A stretch of 64,000 nucleotides of DNA from Gammaproteobacteria bacterium. GTDB lineage: Bacteria; Pseudomonadota; Gammaproteobacteria; UBA6429; Thiohalophilaceae. Positions 47,323-57,108 of this stretch are shown here, one piece after another. The first letter of the stretch is position 1; the number at the start of each line of letters is the position of its first letter. The position numbers were made by a program, and so were the translations under genes. The stretch covers positions 4,955 to 68,954 of the forward strand of contig JAJRZT010000065.1 in the NCBI GenBank assembly GCA_024275115.1, written 5' to 3'. The notes under the pieces were generated by a model. It had not been told where the DNA came from, ran no database searches, and worked only from the letters and a program-made list of their open reading frames with translations.

Positions 47323-47859
47323 TTATTTTTCTGCTCGCAGCTCTTTAATTAAAGGGATAACAATTTCGTTTAAGTCTTTATAACTTATCGGACCAATATG
47401 CTTGTAACGAATAATGCCCTTCTTGTCGATAAAGAATGTTTCCGGCACACCGTAAACACCGTAGTCAAAACCCACCAAACCTTTTTGATCCGTAACCACC
47501 ACACTGTATGGATTACCTAATTGTCTTAGCCAGGCTTTAGCCTCGGCGTTAGTATCTTTATAATTAAAGCCAACAATATCCACTATATTTTGTTTAGCTA
47601 ATTGATTAAACATGGGATGTTCAGCCCGACAGGCAACACACCATGATGCCCAGATATTTAATAACCAGACCTTACCCTTTAACATTTGCGGGTTGAATTT
47701 TACACTGGGGTCATCCAGCCGTGGCAACTCGAAATACGGTGCAGGTTTACCAACTAAAGGGGACGGTACCTTTCGCGGGTCATTGCTAAGCCCAGCCGCC
47801 AGCAAGGCAACCAGCAAAACAAAAGCTATCAGCGGCAGAAGGAATTTTATTTTTAACAT
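47323..47859 (-). CDS. ccmG: Thiol:disulfide oxidoreductase DsbE/CcmG
   Basis: WASWCVACRAEHP and GVYGVPETFFI motifs. Confidence 0.9.
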   Translation of the reverse strand: MLKIKFLLPLIAFVLLVALLAAGLSNDPRKVPSPLVGKPAPYFELPRLDDPSVKFNPQMLKGKVWLLNIWASWCVACRAEHPMFNQLAKQNIVDIVGFNYKDTNAEAKAWLRQLGNPYSVVVTDQKGLVGFDYGVYGVPETFFIDKKGIIRYKHIGPISYKDLNEIVIPLIKELRAEK

Positions 47860-47868
47860 CGCTATTTC

Positions 47869-49800
47869 TTACTTCGCTTTGCGATAACGCTTATCGGTTG
47901 CCGCTAATAAACCACCAAAGCCCATAATTAATGTGCCTAACCAAATCCAGCGGATAAACGGTTTATGATACAAGCGCAATGCCCAGCCACCCTTGTCACC
48001 ACGTGGTTCACCCATGGCGACAAACAGGTCACGGAAAAGGCCGGCATCAATTGCCGCTTCGGTCATGGGGCTACGCTGCACTGTGTAAATACGTTTTTCC
48101 GGTTCCATGTCGGCAATCACAACACCGTCTTTACTAACGATAACGTGTGCACGTTCACCTTCGTAATTAGGGCCAATAATACGTTTTGAATCAATAAACT
48201 TGAAATCATAGCCGGCTAAAGAATACGATTCCCCCGGTATTAACAGCACATCTTTTTCAGTTGAGTAAATAGAGGTTAGTGTTACTCCCACCGTAAAGAC
48301 CGCAATACCAATGTGCGCAATATGCATACCATAAATGGCACGTGGTGTTTTCTTCAAACCATCCCATGAGATAGCTTTAGTTTTAAAGCGCTGTTTAAAA
48401 CTGGAACCCATATTCAGCACAACCCACCATGCAAGTGTGGTTCCTATCATTGCACCAAGAGTAAACGTTGGCATTGCCATAGTACTTAAAGTACCGAGAA
48501 CCAGACTAATAGCCAGGTAGGCTAACAAGTGTTTTTTTAGTCGATGAATACTGTCCTGTTTCCAGCGAACAAAAACACCTATACCCATAAGTGCCACCAG
48601 CGGTACCATGATAGGTATAAAGACACTATTAAAATAAGGAGGGCCAACCGAAATTTTACCCAAGTTTAACGCATCTATCACTAAGGGGTATAAGGTACCA
48701 AGTAAAATAGTTGCTGTCGCAACAACTAAAAGAATGTTATTTAATAAAAGTGCCGTTTCTTTTGAGAACCATGAAAAGCGCGTGTTAGATTTAATCGCTG
48801 ACGCACGCCATGCATACAAAGCGAGTGAGCCGCCCACCACCAACACCAGAAATATTAATATAAACAAACCACGGCCCGGATCGCTGGCAAAAGAATGCAC
48901 CGAGGTTAGCACGCCAGAACGAACTAAAAACGCACCCAACAAACTTAAAGAAAAAGCAAAGATAGCCAGCAACACTGTCCATGCTTTAAGGCTGCCACGT
49001 TTTTCAGTCACCGCTAATGAATGGATAAGTGCCGTTGCCACTAGCCACGGCATAAACGATGCGTTTTCAACCGGGTCCCAAAACCACCAGCCACCCCAAC
49101 CGAGTTCGTAATAAGCCCACCAACTACCGAGTGAGATACCGAGTGTTAAAAAGACCCATGCAATGCTGGTCCATGGCCGTGACCAACGCGCCCAGGCAGC
49201 ATCAAGCTTCCCCGCAAGCATTGCAGCAATCGCAAATGCAAAAGCAACCGACAAACCAACGTAACCCATATAAAGCATAGGCGGGTGAATAATTAAACCA
49301 AAATCCTGTAGCAGTGGATTTAAATCACGACCTTCAAGCGGTGCAGGGAAAATACGTTCAAATGGGTTAGAGGTAACCAGTATAAAAAGAATAAAACCAA
49401 TACTGATAAAGCCCATCACACTTAGCACGCGCGCAATCATTACATCGGGTACTTTTTTGCTAAAAATAGCCACCGCTGACGTCCACACGCCCAGTGATAG
49501 TGCCCAAAGAAGTAAGGAGCCTTCATGTGCACCCCATACGGCTGAAATACGAAATTCCAGGGGTAACCGGGTGTTTGAATTATTCGCTGCATACAAAACA
49601 GAAAAATCATTCTGTATAAAAATATAAACCAGGCAGCCAAAGGAAACCGATAGTGCCAGGAACTGCGCCTGTGCGAGTGGGCGCGCCACGCTAATCCAGG
49701 CCGGAATATTTTTTGCCGCACCAACCAGTGGCAATGTTGTTTGTAAAACTGCAACAATCAAAGCCATTATCAGTGCGAACTGACCAAATTCAGGTATCAC
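47869..49800 (-). CDS. ccmF: Haem lyase CcmF
   Basis: WGGWWFWDPVEN tryptophan-rich motif. 643 aa and polytopic. Confidence 0.9.
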   Translation of the reverse strand: MIPEFGQFALIMALIVAVLQTTLPLVGAAKNIPAWISVARPLAQAQFLALSVSFGCLVYIFIQNDFSVLYAANNSNTRLPLEFRISAVWGAHEGSLLLWALSLGVWTSAVAIFSKKVPDVMIARVLSVMGFISIGFILFILVTSNPFERIFPAPLEGRDLNPLLQDFGLIIHPPMLYMGYVGLSVAFAFAIAAMLAGKLDAAWARWSRPWTSIAWVFLTLGISLGSWWAYYELGWGGWWFWDPVENASFMPWLVATALIHSLAVTEKRGSLKAWTVLLAIFAFSLSLLGAFLVRSGVLTSVHSFASDPGRGLFILIFLVLVVGGSLALYAWRASAIKSNTRFSWFSKETALLLNNILLVVATATILLGTLYPLVIDALNLGKISVGPPYFNSVFIPIMVPLVALMGIGVFVRWKQDSIHRLKKHLLAYLAISLVLGTLSTMAMPTFTLGAMIGTTLAWWVVLNMGSSFKQRFKTKAISWDGLKKTPRAIYGMHIAHIGIAVFTVGVTLTSIYSTEKDVLLIPGESYSLAGYDFKFIDSKRIIGPNYEGERAHVIVSKDGVVIADMEPEKRIYTVQRSPMTEAAIDAGLFRDLFVAMGEPRGDKGGWALRLYHKPFIRWIWLGTLIMGFGGLLAATDKRYRKAK

Positions 49801-49805
49801 GTTTT

Positions 49806-50249
49806 TTATTCCTTTATGTATTCAGTGGGTTTCTTTTTCATGGTTGCAGCCACTTCAGGCGGCATGTAATTTTCGTCATGCTTGGCAAGGACTTCTTCAG
49901 CAATAAACTCACCTTTGGCATTCAGTTTGCCTTTAGTAATAATTCCCTGCCCTTCACGAAACAAATCCGGCAAGATGCCACTGTACTTTACCGTCATCGC
50001 TTTTTCATTATCGGTAATATCAAACCAGACATCGGTATTGGTATCTGATCTTTTTACACTGCCATCCACAACAATCCCACCCATACGGAATAAACGATTT
50101 TCAGGCGCCTTACCTGCCTGCACATCTGACGGTGAGAAGAAAAACATCAGGTTCTGGTTAAAAGCCGTTAGTGCAAAACCGGTTGCTGTTGCAACACCAA
50201 TAATCATGATGATGATAAGTATAAGTCGACGTTTACGAAGGGGATGCAT
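49806..50249 (-). CDS. ccmE: Haem chaperone CcmE
   Basis: It has an N-terminal anchor and the ..LAKHDENYMPPEV haem-binding His motif. Confidence 0.9.
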   Translation of the reverse strand: MHPLRKRRLILIIIMIIGVATATGFALTAFNQNLMFFFSPSDVQAGKAPENRLFRMGGIVVDGSVKRSDTNTDVWFDITDNEKAMTVKYSGILPDLFREGQGIITKGKLNAKGEFIAEEVLAKHDENYMPPEVAATMKKKPTEYIKE

Positions 50250-50301
50250 TGTTTTCTCCTACTGCTATTTTGCCTGTGATTATTTCAGGTGCTTGCACTT
50301 T

Positions 50302-50484
50302 TTACTCTGAAGTGGCTGATTGTTCATTTTGGATAATACCGCGAATACGTTTTTCCATGCGGCGCTTTTCTATTAACGGCAAGACAATACTGAGCCCATA
50401 GGCAAGCAAGGCAATCGCATAAGACGACCAGACATAACTGGCATAGCCACCCATATGAATAAAAGTATTAAATGCATCCATCAC
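50302..50484 (-). CDS. ccmD: Haem exporter protein CcmD
   Basis: 60 aa with a single TM. It overlaps ccmC by ATGA, the canonical position. Confidence 0.75.
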   Translation of the reverse strand: MMDAFNTFIHMGGYASYVWSSYAIALLAYGLSIVLPLIEKRRMEKRIRGIIQNEQSATSE

Positions 50485-51224
50485 GAACCACCCTTAAATA
50501 AATTTGCAACCCACTGGCTGCGGCGTTCACGCCAGAGTAAATCGTTACGCGCACGCAGTAGCACAACAATGGCGTATAAAAATTTATGAGCAACGGCCAT
50601 CAACAATAAAGGTATGAGCATGCGAGTATCAATCGACGGTGCATCAAACTTTGTAATCGTTGGCCCCTGATGCAAGGTACTCCACCATTCAACCGAATAA
50701 TGAATAATTGGAATATTTACCACACCCACTAAAGCCAGAATAGCAACGGCACGTGCCGCTTTGCGTTTGTCATCAATGGCACTGTATAGCGCAAGCACAC
50801 CCAGATATAAAAACAACAGCAATAACTCGGAAGTTAAACGTGCATCCCAAACCCACCAGGTTCCCCACATGGGTTTACCCCAGATAGAACCAGTTACCAG
50901 TGCTAAAAAAGTAAACACCGCACCAATATGTGCGCTATTAATAAGAATTATTTCTGCAATTTTTATTCGCCAGATTAAAGCCATCGCGCCACTGAAGGCC
51001 ATCACCATATAAACGAACATTGACATCCAGGCCGCGGGCACATGAATATAAATAATACGAAAACTATCGCCTTGTTGATAATCGGCTGGAGCCAGAACCA
51101 AACCACCATAAAGACCGGTTGCAAATAAAATTAAACAGATCCCGGTTAACCACGGTAATAAACGTCCACTTAAGGCATAAAAGTAAGGTGGTGAACCCAA
51201 CTGATAAATAAAACGCATAATCAT
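50481..51224 (-). CDS. ccmC: Haem exporter protein CcmC
   Basis: WGTWWVWDARL WWD motif. Confidence 0.9.
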   Translation of the reverse strand: MIMRFIYQLGSPPYFYALSGRLLPWLTGICLILFATGLYGGLVLAPADYQQGDSFRIIYIHVPAAWMSMFVYMVMAFSGAMALIWRIKIAEIILINSAHIGAVFTFLALVTGSIWGKPMWGTWWVWDARLTSELLLLFLYLGVLALYSAIDDKRKAARAVAILALVGVVNIPIIHYSVEWWSTLHQGPTITKFDAPSIDTRMLIPLLLMAVAHKFLYAIVVLLRARNDLLWRERRSQWVANLFKGGS

Positions 51225-51228
51225 AAAA

Positions 51229-51897
51229 CTAACTCACACTCATTTTTAATGCGGCCGATGCTGCCCAGGGGGTTAAGCTTAACGACAGGAGTAATAAAGC
51301 AGATAACATGCCGATGGCTGCGGCGGGTTGGAAACCGGCTGCGGCCGCATCGACTGCCTGACTTGCAAAGATTAAAACCGGCACATACAGTGGTAAAACC
51401 AGAAGCGACAGTATCACACCTCCACGACGTAAACCAACGGTTAACGCAACCCCTACCGATCCAATCGCACTTAAAATGGGTGTACCCAACAACAGTGTTA
51501 TAAATAATGTTTCGATACCTTCCACGGATAACCCTAAAAACAGTGCCAGTAATGGCCCCGCTATCACAACCGGCAAACCGGTTATTAGCCAGTGGGCAAT
51601 AATTTTGGCCAATATTAATAGTGACATCGGTTGTGCACTGATCAACATTTGCTCTAAAGAGCCGTCTTCCATATCGGTACGAAAAATCCTGTCCAGGCTT
51701 AATAATGCAGCTAACAACGCCGCCACCCAGATAATACCCGGAGCAATTCTTTCGAGTATCGTTGCCTCTGCACCGATCCCCAATGGAAACAGCACCACCA
51801 CCAGTACAAAAAACAATACCGGGTTCATTAATTCAGCACGGTGTCGTACCGCTAAAATTAAATCCCGTTGTAATATAATAAAAAATGCTTGCAACAT
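51229..51897 (-). CDS. ccmB: Haem exporter permease CcmB
   Basis: 222-aa polytopic protein between ccmA and ccmC. Confidence 0.85.
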   Translation of the reverse strand: MLQAFFIILQRDLILAVRHRAELMNPVLFFVLVVVLFPLGIGAEATILERIAPGIIWVAALLAALLSLDRIFRTDMEDGSLEQMLISAQPMSLLILAKIIAHWLITGLPVVIAGPLLALFLGLSVEGIETLFITLLLGTPILSAIGSVGVALTVGLRRGGVILSLLVLPLYVPVLIFASQAVDAAAAGFQPAAAIGMLSALLLLSLSLTPWAASAALKMSVS

Positions 51898-51898
51898 C

Positions 51899-52567
51899 TT
51901 ACGCCACGGCCGATAAATTTAAACGCGTACAACGCACATTTCGGATGTCTAACGATTGATGTGAGGTTATCACCGCCAAACCGCCTCGTTCAATGTGCGC
52001 CTGTATCGCCTGTTCTATAAACGCTACTCCTTTGGTATCTAAAGCCGTTAAAGGTTCATCTAAAATCCACAATGCGCTGTCATTGAGCAAACAACGGGCA
52101 AACGCCAAACGCCGACGCTGCCCCGCAGACAGATGAAACGCGAGGGTATTTTCCTTATTTTCCAGGCCGATATTCTTTAGAATTTCGCCCAGAATTTTTT
52201 TGTCCGACACCTTATATATGGAACGCGATAAAACCATCGCCACTCTCAGGTTTTCAAGCACCGTTAAATCCTGCTTAATGCCATCGCTGTGGCCCACATA
52301 ACTCAACTGCAAATGATAGTCATAGGCTTGTTTTTGAATAGCAACATCGTCCCAGTACACTTCACCTTCATCGGCCATCGTTAAGCCGCACAGCACCCGC
52401 AGCAAGGTTGTTTTGCCCGAGCCATTTTCACCTTCAAGGTGCAACACTTCTTTTGGCTGCAACTCAAAACTTATATTTTTAAACAACCAGCGATCCTGTT
52501 TTTCAACCGATAATTTTTTGGCTGATAAGGCTTTGCTTCGTGTATAAGCCGGTAATGAACTGAACAT
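51899..52567 (-). CDS. ccmA: Haem exporter ATPase CcmA
   Basis: Walker A GENGSGKTTLLR, signature LSAGQRRR, Walker B LWILDEP. Confidence 0.9.
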   Translation of the reverse strand: MFSSLPAYTRSKALSAKKLSVEKQDRWLFKNISFELQPKEVLHLEGENGSGKTTLLRVLCGLTMADEGEVYWDDVAIQKQAYDYHLQLSYVGHSDGIKQDLTVLENLRVAMVLSRSIYKVSDKKILGEILKNIGLENKENTLAFHLSAGQRRRLAFARCLLNDSALWILDEPLTALDTKGVAFIEQAIQAHIERGGLAVITSHQSLDIRNVRCTRLNLSAVA

Positions 52568-52716
52568 TTAATTCTCTATAAAATAATGGAAGGCTAAGAA
52601 TACACGTTTAAGAAGCAATTAATAAGCGAATAAAAGCAATATTCACTACTAAAACAGGAGCCAAATGAGCTGGGTTGATTTAAGTCAGTCTTTTTTATTA
52701 AATATCAAATAACCCT

Positions 52717-53322
52717 ATGTATAATGTGTATAGCGCTAACAAGATAGCCAATGATTTCGATTTCGTTCATGATGGGTGGTATGACAGACGGGAACATAAG
52801 CTAAACATGGAATCTCCTGGTCCAGCCGATACAGGACAAGATGATTCGACCAATGTTTTTGGCCTTGTCATCACACGCTCTTACTGGCAGCAAGGGGATT
52901 TCTGGCTTGCATGCATTGCCGCCGCCCTGTTTTGGTTAGTTTTTCGACTTTTAAATGTGCCTATGCCTGGCGATATTGCCTTCCCGGCGCTCAGTAGCAC
53001 ACTATTACTGCTTATTTTTGTTTCCCCCGTTCTGGAAGAAATTGTCTTTCGGGGCTTAATTCAGGAGTCGATTCATCAACTACTCAGCCACAATCGCCTC
53101 TCCACCATTCTCTTCTGGCGTATTAGCAATGCCAATTTTCTGGCAAGCGTTCTTTTTAGTCTCAGCCACCTTTGGGCGCATTCTGCATTTTGGGCACTGG
53201 CAACGCTTGCCCCATCACTTATTTTCGGCTATTTCAAAGACAAGTATCAGTCGCTGCAACCTGCTATTGTGCTGCATATTTTCTATAATCTTGGTTTCTA
53301 TCTGTTTTTATGGCCATATTAA
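52717..53322 (+). CDS. CPBP-family (CAAX-type) intramembrane protease
   Basis: EEIVFRGLIQ, FSLSHLW and VLHIFYN motifs. The true start may be internal. Confidence 0.7.
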   Translation: MYNVYSANKIANDFDFVHDGWYDRREHKLNMESPGPADTGQDDSTNVFGLVITRSYWQQGDFWLACIAAALFWLVFRLLNVPMPGDIAFPALSSTLLLLIFVSPVLEEIVFRGLIQESIHQLLSHNRLSTILFWRISNANFLASVLFSLSHLWAHSAFWALATLAPSLIFGYFKDKYQSLQPAIVLHIFYNLGFYLFLWPY

Positions 53323-53416
53323 TAAAAATAGTGCAAAGTATTGACATTGATCAGTATTAATAAACACTAATATACTTATACTAGTAACATCACCCGCACA
53401 ATATAAGGGCAGCTTA

Positions 53417-54472
53417 ATGTTAACTCAGCGTTTTTTATTTCTAACAGTACTCAGTGGTTTTATTCTAACGGGATCCCAGGCTGCTTATGCCGACAGCTCA
53501 GACGGCGAGCGCCTGTACACCAAACATTGTTCGGTATGTCATGGCAGCAAAGGCAGTGGTGGTGTGGGTATCCCACTAGATCTGGAATCATTTCTCAATA
53601 GCATTAGCGATGAATACCTTATTAAAACAATCGAGCATGGCCGTGTGGGTCGTACCATGCCGGCCTTTAAAAAACTGGGTGACGAAAATATACAAGCCCT
53701 CGTCAAATACATACGCAGTTTTACTAACACCGAAGCAGTCACGTTCGACCCAACGCCAATAAAAGGCAATATCGAACACGGTAAAGCACTCTTTAAAAGC
53801 AAATGCGCCAGTTGTCATGGTGACCACGGCCAGGGCGGCAAAGGTACCGGGGTCACTTTTTCCAGACCACGCGACCTAAGCATTATTCCACCCGCATTGA
53901 ACAACGCCGGCTTCCTTGCTTCAGCCAGCGATGAAATGATTAAGCACACCTTAATGACCGGGCGCAAAAATACACCCATGAACTCTTTCCTTAAACAGGG
54001 GTTATCTGAATCGGATATTAACGATGTGGTTGCCTACATTCGCCATTTTGAGACCAAACAGGTGCCCAAGCTTCGTGACCAGAAACTGGATGCGATTATT
54101 ATGGCGGAGTCACCTTATTCACTTGAAGAAACATTAGAGAGCCTGAAAAAAGCCGTTATCGGCAAAAACTTCAGAATTATTCGTCAGCAGACTGTAGACG
54201 ATGGTTTGGTGGATAAAAACAAACAAAATAAAAAACAGATTATTCTTTATTTCTGTAATTTCCAGTTCTTAAATGAGTCACTTGCTCTGGATCCAAGAAT
54301 TGGTTTGTTTTTACCTTGCCGGGTTACTATTGTGCAACAGGGTGACTCTGTAAAAGTAATGGCCATTAATCCACTACGCTTAAGTAAACTGTTTAATAAT
54401 GATGAGTTAGATGATGCCTGTAAGAACATGTCTAATCTCTATACTGAAATTATAGAAGAAGCGACTTTATAA
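53417..54472 (+). CDS. Dihaem cytochrome c fused to a C-terminal DUF302 domain
   Basis: It has a signal peptide and two CxxCH sites (CSVCHG, CASCHG). The C-terminal ..ILYFCNFQFLNESLALDPRIGLFLPCRVTIVQQGDSVKVMAINP matches my recollection of the DUF302 signature (..CNP....dP..g..LPCrv.v.....v...nP). Confidence 0.7.
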   Translation: MLTQRFLFLTVLSGFILTGSQAAYADSSDGERLYTKHCSVCHGSKGSGGVGIPLDLESFLNSISDEYLIKTIEHGRVGRTMPAFKKLGDENIQALVKYIRSFTNTEAVTFDPTPIKGNIEHGKALFKSKCASCHGDHGQGGKGTGVTFSRPRDLSIIPPALNNAGFLASASDEMIKHTLMTGRKNTPMNSFLKQGLSESDINDVVAYIRHFETKQVPKLRDQKLDAIIMAESPYSLEETLESLKKAVIGKNFRIIRQQTVDDGLVDKNKQNKKQIILYFCNFQFLNESLALDPRIGLFLPCRVTIVQQGDSVKVMAINPLRLSKLFNNDELDDACKNMSNLYTEIIEEATL

Positions 54473-54936
54473 TGAATAAAAAAATCACAGCAACATTTTT
54501 AAGTATTATTTTAGCTTTTATCGGTATGCAATCTGCCGTTATTGCAGATGAACTGATAATGACACGTTCAACGGAAGACTTCCCTGAAACCATGTTACTG
54601 CTGCAAAACGCAATTAAAAAACAGGGCTATATACCATCACGTGTGCAACGTGTTGATATCGGGCTAACCAAATCAGGTTATAAAACCGATAAGTATCGTG
54701 TTGTGTTTTTTGGTAAAGCAGATGAAATAAAAACCATCAGCCAAAAATTACCTGAACTCATTCCCTATTTACCGCTGAAGATTTCAATTTTTGCAGAAGC
54801 CGGGCAAACAATACTCGTTACGATTGACCCAATGTCTTTCGATCAAATGTATCCAGACTCCTCTCTCACGCCTGTTTTTAAGCGCTGGTCAGAAGACATA
54901 CATGCCATTTTTGACAGTATTCAGAATCTAGACTAG
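54472..54936 (+). CDS. Secreted stand-alone DUF302 protein
   Basis: It has a signal peptide. ..YRVVFFGKADEI...LIPYLPLKISIFAEAGQTILVTIDP is DUF302-like. An ATAATG stop/start junction links it to the upstream gene. Confidence 0.6.
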   Translation: MNKKITATFLSIILAFIGMQSAVIADELIMTRSTEDFPETMLLLQNAIKKQGYIPSRVQRVDIGLTKSGYKTDKYRVVFFGKADEIKTISQKLPELIPYLPLKISIFAEAGQTILVTIDPMSFDQMYPDSSLTPVFKRWSEDIHAIFDSIQNLD

Positions 54937-55135
54937 AGTCTGTTGATCTTTCAGATGTTAGATTGATTTTGAGGTAATTTCGCCCCTGACAAGGCATTTT
55001 TACGTATCAAGGCACTCCACTGATAGTAAAAAACAACACAGGCAGGGATGAAATTAGCCAAAATCAGACAATATATGGAAGCTCAACAGACCCACAATAT
55101 CGCCAACTTTGTCAGGCATCAACCTGGCAGTGTGA

Positions 55136-55609
55136 TTATAAACGAGAAGATGCTTTGTCTACCGCTTTCTGCAAAGCAACACCCATCTCCTTAAGAGTAT
55201 GGTTTTTTGTAAGGGTTGTTATTACTTCCCGTGTATTGCCATCGACAAGCAAAATAAAGCCTGTTTTGTTAGCATATTTTTCCCATACCTTGCTTAACCC
55301 CAGGGATACTGCTAAATACGCTGACTGCTGTCTGTCGTACTTACGAGTATGATCAAGGACAACATGAAGAACTGGCTGGGTATCAAATTTGGTTTGGAAC
55401 TCTTTATAAGTCGTTGCCATCGCTTTGCAAGACGAGCACCAATCCGCATAAAATTTCACAGCGATTACAACAGGGGGCACTGCATCGGTTGAAGATTTAT
55501 TCTGTGCGGCTTGTGCCCATGCTCCAAACATAAACGAAAACCACATTATTGCTATAAGACCAACTGTCTTAGTGCTTACAAACTTGCTACTTTTTTCTTG
55601 TTTACTCAT
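55136..55609 (-). CDS. Membrane-anchored thioredoxin-like protein
   Basis: It has an N-terminal TM and a FYADWCSSCKAM (WCxxC) motif. Confidence 0.7.
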   Translation of the reverse strand: MSKQEKSSKFVSTKTVGLIAIMWFSFMFGAWAQAAQNKSSTDAVPPVVIAVKFYADWCSSCKAMATTYKEFQTKFDTQPVLHVVLDHTRKYDRQQSAYLAVSLGLSKVWEKYANKTGFILLVDGNTREVITTLTKNHTLKEMGVALQKAVDKASSRL

Positions 55610-55710
55610 CGTCTAATTCCTCCGTAATATAAACAGCAACATGCTGCCACACTAAGAAGACCTAACTAACCCCAAAATCCTTACATTTTAATTGTAAGGA
55701 TCTCTCTATC

Positions 55711-56241
55711 ATGAAGGTCTACAATGACATGATGGATAACAAACAACTAACTTTTGAGAATTTAGTCCATGCCTATTCGGCCGAACTCTACCGTTTTGCC
55801 TTCTGGCAGTGCAAAAACAAAGACTTAACCGAAGACTTATTACAGGAATGTTTTGCTCGAGCATGGAAATCGTTGCACACACTCAAAGATGAAAAAGCCG
55901 CCCGAGCCTGGCTTTATACTATTTTAAGACGTGAGATTGCCCGCCATTTTGGGCGCAATAAGACAAATGATATTTCACTGGACGACATGAACGTTGACTT
56001 ACCCGACGCACAATATGATTGCAGCGTTTCTGATGATATTAATTTGCGCCAGGCTCTGGATAAGCTCCCGATTGATTACCGTGAAGCCCTGATGCTACAG
56101 GTTCTCGGTGGTTATTCTTGCGAAGAAATTGCCGAGATATCTGCAACCAAAGCAGGCACGATTATGACTCGCCTCTTTCGTGCCCGTCAGAAATTACGAC
56201 AATTGTTAACTGCCGAAAATAAATCTTCGGTAAATTTTTAG
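55711..56241 (+). CDS. ECF (RpoE-type) sigma-70 family sigma factor
   Basis: Region 2 reads ..YRFAFWQCKNKDLTEDLLQECFARAW.. and the region 4 HTH reads ..YSCEEIAEISATKAGTIMTRLFRARQKL... Confidence 0.85.
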   Translation: MKVYNDMMDNKQLTFENLVHAYSAELYRFAFWQCKNKDLTEDLLQECFARAWKSLHTLKDEKAARAWLYTILRREIARHFGRNKTNDISLDDMNVDLPDAQYDCSVSDDINLRQALDKLPIDYREALMLQVLGGYSCEEIAEISATKAGTIMTRLFRARQKLRQLLTAENKSSVNF

Positions 56242-56263
56242 TCATTGTTTCAGGTTAAATAGA

Positions 56264-56980
56264 ATGAATTGTATCGACGTACACAGAAAACTCGCAACAG
56301 AACCGAATAGTAGAGATGACGCTATCAATGCTCATCTGCAAACATGTTCTGCCTGCACTAAATTTGCTGAGTCCATTGAACAGCTTGACCGCTCTATTCA
56401 TGATGCCGCCAATATCACTGTCCCCGATGGTCTGGCTGAACGCATTCTTTTAAAACAAAGCTTCAAACAACAACGCCAATTACGTACTAACCGTTTTAAA
56501 TTCTATGCCGTGGCGGCCAGCGTGTTACTGCTCTTTGGGCTAAGCCTTAATTTGCATTATTTACCCTGGCAAAAAAATGCATTATCACTGGGTGATATTG
56601 CTATCAACCACGTAACACAGGAAATGTATCATTTAACCAAAAATAACAATATTCAACTTGCAAAACTTAACCACGTACTTCAGCCTTTTAATATCAAATT
56701 AAACAAGCCCATTGGTTCGATAATCTACGCTGGTGCCTGTCCAATTCAAAATTCGCGCGGCGTGCATATTGTTTTACGTACTAAAAATGAAACAGCGACC
56801 TTATTAGTCATGCCAGACGAAAATATTACGCGCCGCATATCACTCACCAAGGATGGCTTTAAAGCAACCATTGTCCCTGCTAAAAATGGCAGTATTGCCA
56901 TTATCACTTCCCTGGATAGTAAAGCCGACCTGGAACAACGGATTGAGAATAGCCTCAATCAGGCTATCGACTATATTTGA
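56264..56980 (+). CDS. Anti-sigma factor (zf-HC2 N-terminus, one TM; DUF3379-like)
   Basis: H-x3-C-x2-C (HLQTCSACTKF), a central TM (FYAVAASVLLLFGLSL) and a position immediately after the ECF sigma gene. Confidence 0.7.
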   Translation: MNCIDVHRKLATEPNSRDDAINAHLQTCSACTKFAESIEQLDRSIHDAANITVPDGLAERILLKQSFKQQRQLRTNRFKFYAVAASVLLLFGLSLNLHYLPWQKNALSLGDIAINHVTQEMYHLTKNNNIQLAKLNHVLQPFNIKLNKPIGSIIYAGACPIQNSRGVHIVLRTKNETATLLVMPDENITRRISLTKDGFKATIVPAKNGSIAIITSLDSKADLEQRIENSLNQAIDYI

Positions 56981-57108
56981 CGACGTTTTATGCTTTTTTA
57001 ATGCCCTGGATCAAAAAAACAGACTATATTAATCAGGATTTACATATTAGGATTTGCTCATTCATCCTATAATAGGGCATATTAGAGTCAGCCCATAAAG
57101 GTACAGCA

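Noticed and set aside
56981-57108. Possible Moco riboswitch upstream of moaA
   Set aside because: I could not recognise the conserved Moco RNA motif elements. Only a short local hairpin (AGGAT...ATCCT) is present. A covariance-model search would be needed.
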